Assembly: GCF_001949145.1 (NCBI RefSeq)
Contig: NW_019091355.1
Location: 2,958,646 to 3,022,645, forward strand
Direction: 5' to 3'
DNA from: Acanthaster planci
Taxonomy: Eukaryota
Length of the DNA: 64,000 bases
The notes under the pieces were generated by a model, which saw only the letters and a program-made list of their open reading frames with translations, did no database searches and had not been told where the DNA came from. Both the position numbers and the translations under genes were made by a program. Within the stretch, counting starts at the first letter, position 1. Each line of letters opens with the position of its first letter. This document shows, one piece after another, positions 50,150 to 64,000 of this stretch.

Positions 50150-51566
50150 CTAAGTCACCCTCTTGCTTCAGTTTTTGTAATTAGACGTATACATTTGAAC
50201 TTGTTTCCATTTCTACCTGTCCCATTGCCTTTTCCGCTCCTCTCTTTGCCTCTTCTATGGACCTGTGTGTGTACAGTGTGCACCGGTATGTTTGCATGAG
50301 ATGTACACTGTACGTGTACATATACCTGTACATGTACTGTACTGTAGCCTCATACATGTACATGTACATGTTCTTTTCTTGTCTGCGGGTATTAGTACAT
50401 GTAAGCACAGTAAGCCCTTTTTAATCTACCGGTAGCATTTTGAGTGGTTGACCTTTTCTAATAACATCAGTGCCTTTCTAACTTCAGTACATGCACATGT
50501 ACCGGTACTGTATGTGCATGTACATGTACATTTATACTCGGTTCCTTTCCGAGTAACCACTGCCCTTTCTAATAATGGCATTGCCCTTATTTGTAGTCAG
50601 TATTCATGACTGCATTTTTTTTAACGAACAGCTTTCAGATCCATTATTGAAGTCTGCTTTCATTGGCTGTTCTGACACTTTCTTTATACCTGAGTTTTGA
50701 TTTTGCCTACATTGTACATGTACCGGTAATTGAAAGAAAATTGTTTCATCATAGAGCTACGGGGTGCCGGTAAGCGGTCCCTCTTGGGTTCAGACCAGCA
50801 GCTTACCACATATTTCCTCCTTTCCTCCAGTGTGCAACTTTATCCGTGCTCGATAAAGTGACTCGTGACCCGACTTATGAAAAGTCCCTTTTCACACGGT
50901 TGCATGAACATATGCAATTCCTGAAAGGTTCATACAGTAGTCTGTCAGCGTGCAGCGTGCGTCAGCAGTGAACATACACGGTTATTAATGGACCGATTAC
51001 CAGATCCTCTGATCATAAAAACTCTTCTGACATTTATAAAGAACCTCATTACTGCGTAATCAATATTTAAAAGACTTCATAAACCATCTACGGTACCTAG
51101 ATGAGCAATTATGTGGGAAAGGAATGGAGTTTACCGCATACATGTACATTGTACGTACTGTTTTATATTTATCAAGTGTTGTATTGATTTGCGGTTTTTT
51201 GTGGTCGGTCTGTCAGTCAGTCAGGTCCTTCACTAAAACAGTACCACAGGCATTTAAAATTTTCTGCACATTATTTGCATTAAACACAGTACAGAATTGG
51301 GGCTGTGGGATGAATTTTTCTTAGATGCTTGTATACATTTGGTGTAACTTTTTTTCCTCCTCCCTTTTGATGTCATGGTAACTATTTGACATTCATCATG
51401 GATCATTTAGTTGTCGAGAAGGGGCTTTTTGTTCAAAACAAGAACCAAAAAAACTGTTCTTTGAAAGCATGTCTATTAATGTTTTAGTGAGAAAGGGCTG
51501 CTTATGGGTTTGTACCGTCTTTTTATGTACACACCATGTACATGTACACACAACAGTTCATCACCA

Positions 51567-51715
51567 AGGAAAGAAACCCAAACAGAGATATTGACAAATG
51601 GGAAGAGCCACCAATGTAGGGTTGGATAGCTCAGTTGGTAGAGCACTAGTACCGGTACAGTGTTCCAGAGGTCACTGGTTCAAATCCCGCTCCCGTCAAT
51701 TTCTTTGTTCATCTT
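51567..51715 (+). mobile_element. tRNA-derived SINE or tRNA pseudogene
   Basis: A-box TAGCTCAGTTGGTAGAGC and B-box GGTTCAAATCCC at 51627-51688; the acceptor stem does not pair and the anticodon arm is disrupted. Confidence 0.75.
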
Positions 51716-54700
51716 TAAAAAAAAAATTGTGACAGCAACGTGTCCAACATTCTAGCATCTTCCCATGTTGTAAATAGCCGTGCATTGCAGCTTTGATGTT
51801 TTTGCCCAGAATGACATCAAACAGGACACCGAGGTGCACTTTGGAAGATATTAGTAAAACGGTATTGCATCAGCCTTTCAAAATTTGGAAAAATGGAGAG
51901 GTTATAAATGTACATGCAAGGAGACGTCTTGGAGCATAGTGTTATGTGAAGGCATTTCCCAAGTTGGCCTGCAAGTCCACGATCAGCAGAACTGCTGCTC
52001 CGAATTTGTAGCATTGGTCAGGGACACACCGACCATCCATTGAAGCAAGATGGTTTTTCTGATTCCACGGCCCCCCGCAGATGGAGGTCGATCAATGCAC
52101 CATATTGACTGCACCCCAGTGTTATCTGGGGCTGTGCATTAGCGGCACTTTCATTTGCATTGCGACTTTATCTTTCACCGCCTTTTGCCCGTCACTGTAC
52201 CATTTTTGACACACTTCTCGTGGCGGTCTGGAAGTAGGGGTTGAAATTTGATAAAGTTGTTTGTTGTTACCAAGCTTCAAGTAATCTTTTTTCTTGTTTA
52301 TAAACAACTTGCTTTCATAGATCTTTTTCTGAACATCTCAATAAAAGAAGATTTGAAGTTTTACACAGAAACCTTTGTGGTGTACTTTTTACATATTAAA
52401 GGGGTAAGACCTTTCCATTTTTGTTTGTTTTTTCACCATTGAGTAAAAACTGAACTCTGTAAATTTGTTATCGACTGATCTTAATTGAAATTGAACTGCC
52501 TTAATCCTTGTACCATTCCAGTGTGCGGCCCCAAGCGTTAAACCTAGGAATTTCATCATGCTCTGCCACACTTGCGTAAGCTGTGGCTACGTGTGCATTA
52601 GAATCCCGAGAGATCTGGCTAATCCATGTTCAAGTCCCTGCCGCAAGTTTCCCCACACCAGGGAAGACGAAGCTATTAATATTAGTTGGACTAATTTCGA
52701 CCAGGGATCGCCTCGGGCCAGACTTTGAACTTATGGCAGAAGAGGTACTCATTGCGTACACGTACGTGCGTGCATAAGTGTCACAACATCTCTGCTCACA
52801 CCTTGACTGACGTACATGTATGTACCGCACATGCCTCCGTTGCTGCACCCGGACGTGCATGCCGACATGCACGTGGAGGCCCACATGCCATCAGCGACAT
52901 GTGACAGTGTACGTAAATACCTAGACTCCTGTTGCATTGCAGTGGAGGCATTGGGTCTTTTCCAAAATTTATGACTGCACATTCCAATGGAATGTTCAGC
53001 CAACAAATTGGTAGCTCTAATGGTATCAATTTGCAATAGGTAGAAGTACATGTACATGCCGTTATGTACATGTACGTGTGATTGGTCTGTTAGATAAATT
53101 GAATTTGCAGGGTAGACAGTAGTTGGTACATCCTGATCAGGTGAGCAGTCAGATAAATTGGAGGTTGTTTACTGGTACCGCTGCACAAATTTGGAACTGG
53201 TTTTCTATGCCACTTTTTTGTGCTTGATACATGTACAGCATGATACATGTACTGTACCGAGTACCAGACCCAAGAACTTCATGAGATAAATTTGTCATTT
53301 TGTTGGAAGTAGCGTGTTAGCTGATGACAGAGGGTGCTTCTGAGATAAACACGCGACCAGGGTTCAACCTTTGCTGTTTTTGCTGCACTCATGAGCTTTT
53401 TTGTCCTTTAAACTTGATTCCAGTCAAACAATTATGCAATGTACATATACACAAATGTGGGTTGGCCTTCACCGCATTGAAGACACTTTGGCCGCCACCG
53501 CATTGAGGACAGTTTCTTTTGTTAGGAAAGTTGGGACTGAGTTGTGAGGACAAAAACTTGTCCCCGGAATGTTTTTAGTCCCCAAAATATACTATTTACT
53601 GTAAATACATGTACATCGTCTGAAAATGGAGGGAAAAAAAGATTGGGCTGCTTTGTCTGAATCATGAGTACTCTTCAAACGAAACATGCCATGACGCATG
53701 ACAGCAAATCCATAGTAAAGACAGAATTTCTGAAAACCATCAGGTCAAGCTCCTGTGTGTGTGTGTGTGTGTGCGTGCACAGTGTATGTGCTTGCAAGGC
53801 AGTGTTAATAGTCTTTACGAATAGCTAAATTGTAATGCCTCTAACAGGAATTCTGGGAACAGGATTGTCAGTATTACGGCCTGAGCTCATCTTTTCAAAT
53901 TTCCAGAGAAGCTGAGATCCCCAGGATTCTCAGAATATTGTTGCAAACAGTCTCTGTTGATTTCTCCAGAAACAGATATTGAGGAACACCAGAATACTAA
54001 AACTAATAAAGTAATAGGTACAAAGTAGTACATATCAAATTCATGAAGATCTGGAAACTTTCGAGTTCCGTGAACCTGTACAGTATTTATGGCAGTGATG
54101 ACTTTGAAAAGATTGATGGCTTTTCTGATGTTCAGAGATGAACATGTACCGTGGGTACAAACACTTGTGTGTGTGTACATGTACATGTACATGTACGTGT
54201 GCATTTATTGTAAGCATGTACGTGTATATGTAGCATGTGTACATGTACTCTACATTATGAGCATTCACACAGAGCTTACATGTAATTAATGAATCATAAT
54301 TCTTTTGTCATCCCTCATCAAAATGCATTGCCGATGTTTGTTGACAGTGCAGCATCATTACTAACCAGCTTGCTGGGGACCACTGGTCTAGGCGGACGTA
54401 ATAATTTCCACTTGATTATTGATTTTATCAATGTTCAACACCACATGTACCCCCAGACCATCGAGCATCTTAACATCCCATGAATCATCGCACTTGTAAA
54501 CAGTGCCCGTGCGCTAACCTTTAGACCAACTCCTCCTGTCGATGGGTGAAACAAAAGGTTTCTCTTAGCTTCTCTCTCAATCTCTCTTTCCGTGCTGCGC
54601 ACTGTTACCGTGTTTGTACACTGGGATCCCAGTCGTACACTAGTACTCAATTAAACCCCCTGTCACGCGTTCCAATGCTTACCCAATCCCCGGGGAATTT

Positions 54701-56082
54701 CTTCTAGCCAGATGGTAATCAATAGCGTCACGTGGAGCACGTATCAGCAGGCCAGGAGAGAGAGAGTGTGAGTGTCTTTTTTTTAACGCACCATATGCAC
54801 TTTGGAATTTGCATCCTACAACTCTCAGGGACCCAGTGGAGGTTCTTGTCTTTATTTTGTCAACATGCATTGGTGGAGTTAAGAAAAAAAAAACATACTT
54901 ATACTAAAACTAGGCTGGGTAGATGCACTTGAGCGGGGAAAGGACCGACCATGTGGCTTGTTTTTTTTTTCTGTTTCTCTTAGGCTTAGTATGCCTAATA
55001 GCAATGCAAGACACACCGCACCATACGTTGACTGCCGCCTGGCCCAGTGATCAACATTAAGCGACGTGGGCTGATTGTCTGGTCCAGGCTGCGAGGAGAA
55101 TTAATCACAACTGGGCTGCACTTCATTCCACTGTGCACTGTCCCTATTAGCCCCACCCCCCCCTCCCGGGGCGTGAGTGGCTCAGCTGAGGCAGCGTGCG
55201 GCATAAGAAACTGACAACCGCACTCGTGGTATTTAGAGCCCAGGCCAGCTCAGCCACTCTGTCGGTGTTTGGGTGACTCAGTGCTCTGGATTCAGAGATT
55301 GGGAAAGTCTTGATGCGTCGGCAAGCTTGACTCATCTCAACCATTTATGAGTAGATGATGTCGGTGGCTTTTTTCCAGAATTGTGGTTTGGGAAAGAATG
55401 CTGTATGTACTCAGTTCCTCTGGCGATTTGCTTTATGGCCGCAGTTTTAAAACCTTTCTTCTCAGAAGATGAGGAGTTGTGCCAGCCAATTTAAACTTGA
55501 TTAGGACAGGTTTTTCTTCTGTTGATGTGAAGGAGGTCCTGACTGGAAAACCTTTTCAGTGAATGAAATCTACATGTGTGTAATTAAACTGGCAGCGGGA
55601 ATCTTGGACGTTCCTGAGAACAGACAAGCCGTAAAATTCCACCTGGGCTTCATCTGCTCAGCTGATGTCGTCTTGAGTGTGCGCTGTCGGTGATGTGACG
55701 AGTGCAGTGTTCTAATTGGAGAACTCCCAAAGCAAAGCCGTCTGGAGGACCAACTCAGATTTCAGTATTTTTAGAAGGGCTTCCATCGGCGGTAGAACAT
55801 CATTGCATTACAGGCGGTGACTGCTCAGGCACTTAGCAAGCAAAGGTATCACCAGCAAGAGTGTTGCGCTTTCCACAAAGGAAAAAAAAAAACCTGGGAA
55901 GTCGTCATTCAAGGAAAGTGTGCCTCTCTGCCGACAAAAATGGTTCAGCACTGGGAAAACTGATATTGACTCCTCTTAATCTTGTCTTATTGAAATGCTA
56001 CCTGTGCCTTTTTGAAATTCACAGGATAAAAAATATAATCAATTCTAGCTCTTCATAGAAATCTTCAAGTATTCTTTTCAGT

Positions 56083-56311
56083 TGGACGTATCCTTCAGCT
56101 TAAGCACTCCGTGGACGCTGTTCTCCTCCGAGAAACTTTTACACAGGATAAGACTGCATTGGATGACTTTTGGACGGGCAATTGCAGCAGATTCATCACA
56201 GAATATACGGAGACTGTCGTGACAGAGACAGAAAGTGTTCTGCCGTCTCCCAGTGTCTCCAGCACCGTGTTTAAGCGAACGGCAGCCAAGATGCGGACAC
56301 ATGCACTGTAG
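56083..56311 (+). other. Candidate upstream (5' leader) exon of MELK
   Basis: ttcttttcag acceptor, GC-richer exon-like text, TAG/gttgtt donor; splicing to 58778 would give an in-frame MHCRLKAPEIAINGLKQN-MASSEY. Confidence 0.4.
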
Positions 56312-57666
56312 GTTGTTGGATGTCTTGATTGTTGTTACATGTACTTCCTGTTGTTTAGTTTTGTTCAAATTGTTTTTTTTTTGGGGGGTAGATGTTGTGT
56401 TGACAGTTTTAGTTAAAATGTAAGTGGTATACCGGTATGTTGTACAATGTATATGAGTACATACATGTACATATGCGCATACTTCAAAGAACATGTGCAC
56501 AGTATATATACAGTGTACATACATTGTGTGTACATGTACATTTAGGCCTACATGTAATATTAATTTTCTGGCCCAAAAATGTGTACCTGATGACATGTAC
56601 TTTGGTGTTAATGTAAATGTACATGCAACCTAAGATGTCCCAGAGTTGTGTTTGAAAGGAAAGCTCATCTCATTTTTAGGAATCTAGTGTTTGCCTGTTC
56701 TACATGTACATGTACCAAGTACATAAATTGTCAATTTGTACATGTACTGTATGCGTGCGTTTATTTATCTTAGTTTGGGTTTCTGTCCTTGTTTGTGCAT
56801 CAGAGGTTTTCCTTGTTTCTAATTTGTCCATTGTATTCAGAGTCTATGTGTACATGTACATGTTCAACTGGTTCTGATATACTGTACATGTAGAGTACAT
56901 GTACTGTATGTAATGTACAGAGTACAGCAGACCGATGCATGTACACTTTCATGTCATTTTCTTTGCTTCTAATATTTGTGTTACAGGTGAACATTTTTAC
57001 TCACAAGTTTGCGGTTTGTACTAGTTCCAGTTGCCCTTGTGCAGTAACGGTACTTGCTTACATACATGAACACGGGCTCAATTTTTGTTCATGTTTCGGG
57101 CATAGGAACCTGTTACTTTGATGTTACTTTAATTGATGAACTGCAGTACAATGTGTCAAATTCATGTTGGTGGCACATGTCAAATTTACCATCTAGCCCA
57201 GGTTTACTATCACACTGGTATTTGTATGTGTACTTGTAATGGAGCTGTCCGTACTATGTCCATTGATGCAGTCATATCAGAATATTGCCTATCAGAGTCG
57301 TACATGTACATGTATCATCGTGGCCTTATTTTTTTGCTGGTAATGGTGAAAGGGTACCAGAAGCACACAGTGCAGCGTTTGGCCAAAAAAAAGTAACAAA
57401 AAGTAACAAAGGCACAATTTTTAATCTTATCACTACTCCTACAATGTATTTACATGTAGTGTGTATATGTACCCAGTATGCACACTACCGCTATTTGTTT
57501 CAGTGATGAATTGGATGTTCTCTTTTCACAAATGATATAAGGAGTATTGTAAGTTAAGATCACATGTTGTAATTCTAGTATTGATGGGCACTTTCCACAC
57601 AGATTGTTTCTGTCAGTTGGCTGAGGGTGAATTAAATGACATTTGCTCATTTTCTTTCTTGTTGTT

Positions 57667-57788
57667 TTTCCATTCTTGTAGAATGGAACATTTCCACTCT
57701 TGTAGAATGGAACATTTCCACTCTTGTAGAATGGAACATTTCCACTCTTGTAGAATGGAACATTTCCACTCTTGTAGAATGGAACATT
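57667..57788. repeat. Minisatellite, 24-bp unit TTTCCACTCTTGTAGAATGGAACA, 5 copies
   Basis: Direct reading; 8-aa periodic ORFs on both strands. Confidence 0.95.
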
Positions 57789-58820
57789 CAAAGTTCATTT
57801 TAATGTCAAAACTGACGGGTAAATTTATTCTGTCCGTGTATGATCACAAAAAGGAATAACAACTTTGTTAGAACAGAAATTGCTCCACTGCTTCATTCAG
57901 ACTACAGCCTGCATCCTTAGTCACAAGTTTAAAAAATCTTTTGGTCGTTGGACAGTTGTAGCAATTTATAACAGTACGGGAAGCAATGCCAATGTGACTG
58001 GCCCCCAGCACTGCGTTTTGTTTTGTTTTGTAATATGCATTTTGAGGTGTCTTTTTGACAGCCTATGGGCAAATTTCGATGATGTCGAGTGGAGGGTGGA
58101 CGAGTCAAAACTTGATCGCCCCTTTTGAGCGAGACAGTTGATTTCAAATGAAAAGCAGGGTAGAGAAACCTCGAGGTCACATCTTAACATTTATGAATTC
58201 ACAAGGGCAGGCTTGATGAACGTGTGGTGCATCATGATGGAGTAGACACAAGCGTACTGTACAGGTACCAGCATTTTAAAGAACAGGTCCGTTCATGCTT
58301 GAAGTCCGAAGATGCTGTAAACAAGGGATACTTTGTTTACAATGTACATGCATAAATGTATGTAACAATAACAATAATAATACTCACCGTTTACTTTAGG
58401 TGCTCTCTCTCGTTTGAGTCGTACTTTCTACCGGTACTCGGCATTTGGACGACATGCTCTGGTAAAAGTGTCAAAATGTGTACACGTACATGTACCTTTT
58501 TGTACATGTATAAGGACTGGTTTTGACTGCATTCACGACAACAAACAGACAAATTACTAACAGTTTACTGCTGTTGTTGGTGCATTGTACATGCACATGT
58601 ACACGTACGGAGGTCTTGTGAATGACAGAAAAGGAGTCCAACAGTAGGGTTTTGTACATGTGTGGATTCATTGGCGCATTGCCAGTCTGATGTACATGTA
58701 CTGTATATGTAAAATTTTTGTCTTTTGCTTTTTCATGTTTTTCTGATTTTGCTCGTTAATTTGTGTCATTTGTTCAGGTTGAAGGCCCCGGAGATTGCCA
58801 TAAACGGCCTGAAGCAGAAC

Positions 58821-62745
<3,925 letters not shown>

Positions 62746-64000
62746 TGAGTCGTTTTTTTTTTTTGAGCTGTGTTTCATGGAAATCAGGCGAATGCAGCAG
62801 GATCTCATGTAGTGACCTGTCCGTCTTATCTAGTGGCCTGTCCACTGGTCTTTGGGAGGACCTGGGTGGGAATTTGGATGGGCACTTTGCTGAAGAGACT
62901 ATTAAAGATATTATGCAGATTTTGGCTGGAGTCATGAAGAATTACCTTTGGTTTGGTTTTTGGATTATGGTTTGGTTAATTTTTTTTCAAAGGTTTGTGA
63001 AACAAATTGCAGGCTTTGTTTCATGATTGAGATCTCCGATGCAAACAAGCACATTTTGGGAAATCTTAGATGAAACTGTGTTTTTTTCCCCAAAGAAGAA
63101 ATTTCACAACCTTTAGGCACAGTACACGAATGCTCTTCATGACGTAATATTTCAGTATGTCAGCTTTATAATTGGGAAATGATTGTTCTGACAATGTGAT
63201 TAAATGATCATCAAAAGAGATACGTGTACTAATTGATTGAATTTTTGTATTCTGTAACAAGCATGGTAATGCACCACCAGTGCGTATGTACAATATAGGA
63301 CGGGGGGTGGGGAGAGTTATTGATTGACCTGTCATTATGGGCTCTTGCTGTGTATTAGGCAAAGTGTACCTCTCTCCTCTTTTTCTATTTCCCACTTTTG
63401 GTGCTTGCCTATATCGACCAAGCAAATTGAGGGGCACCGCTCTAATATCTCGACCGGAGCTTTGCAGTTTGTTCGGTGTCTGGCGGAGCCCAGAATAGCT
63501 GGCTACACAGGAAAACGGGGAAGTCGTGAATTTCAGGGTCTGTGTTTCCCATGGTGCCCTGGACTAATGCTTTGGAAAACAAGGGACGGACAGGCATTGT
63601 TTCTTTCGGAGGGGGAAGGAGTTCCGAAATTTTAAGAAATAAGGTTGAAGCTGGAATTGTAGAGGCTCTGATGTCGTGATGCTGGCAGGATCTTTCTTAC
63701 ATGTAACTCCAGGCTCTCCAACCTTCAAGTATTTTACAATTGAGTCGGCTTCAACCCATAAAACAATTAGAAGCAAGTTCCTTTATTTTTGCTTTTAAAA
63801 TTAACTGTATGGATACATGTAGCTTTTCAATTCTGTCACTGAACAATGGAGCAGTACCCCTCTTTAAAAAAAATGCTCAAAAGAATGCCTTGTAAACCGC
63901 TTAAAATGTACAAAAACATGTACATATAAATTAATGCAAGGTACATGTAGTAGGTATGATTCTGTATCCAGGAATTTTGTTCCAAACAAGAAGTAATTAA

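Noticed and set aside
49843..50299. Repetitive ORFs and CRISPR-like appearance
   Set aside because: Head-to-tail 16-bp minisatellite with no unique spacers and no cas genes, in a eukaryotic context.
51619..51698. Functional tRNA gene
   Set aside because: The D- and T-arm boxes are present, but the acceptor stem does not pair and the anticodon arm is disrupted; better explained as a SINE or pseudogene.
57450..57859. Periodic ORFs (NVPFYKSG)n / (HFHSCRME)n and CRISPR-like 24-bp repeats
   Set aside because: Tandem repeat without spacers; the ORFs are a by-product of a unit length divisible by 3.

Overview
Eukaryotic, intron-rich animal genomic DNA. The repeat landscape suggests an invertebrate deuterostome such as an echinoderm, but that is inference. 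Three protein-coding genes can be reconstructed by hand from splice sites and reading frames. (1) The 3' part of an unidentified + strand gene: a coiled-coil segment, then a 3.9-kb exon encoding about 1300 aa of disordered S/R/E/K-rich sequence, with up to three alternative C-termini. (2) A complete 19-coding-exon, 688-aa long-chain acyl-CoA synthetase (ACSL1/5/6 family) on the - strand, 12803-29690, with one GC-AG intron. (3) The first three coding exons of a MELK kinase on the + strand from 58821. ACSL and a + strand spliced transcript (possibly the MELK leader) appear to start divergently at about 35-36.4 kb. Introns hold many transposon relics: piggyBac-like, hAT, Kolobok-like and Tc1/pogo-like non-autonomous elements, CR1/L2-group LINE 3' ends, a tRNA-derived SINE and two minisatellites. 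The most notable non-genic signal is a dense population of TA-flanked short motifs (TACATGTA, TACCGGTA, TACTAGTA, TACAGTA). Comparison of repeat copies shows them inserted secondarily, and they resemble Tc1/mariner excision footprints. I found no prokaryotic-type systems, and no clear-cut new biological system is proven by the sequence alone.
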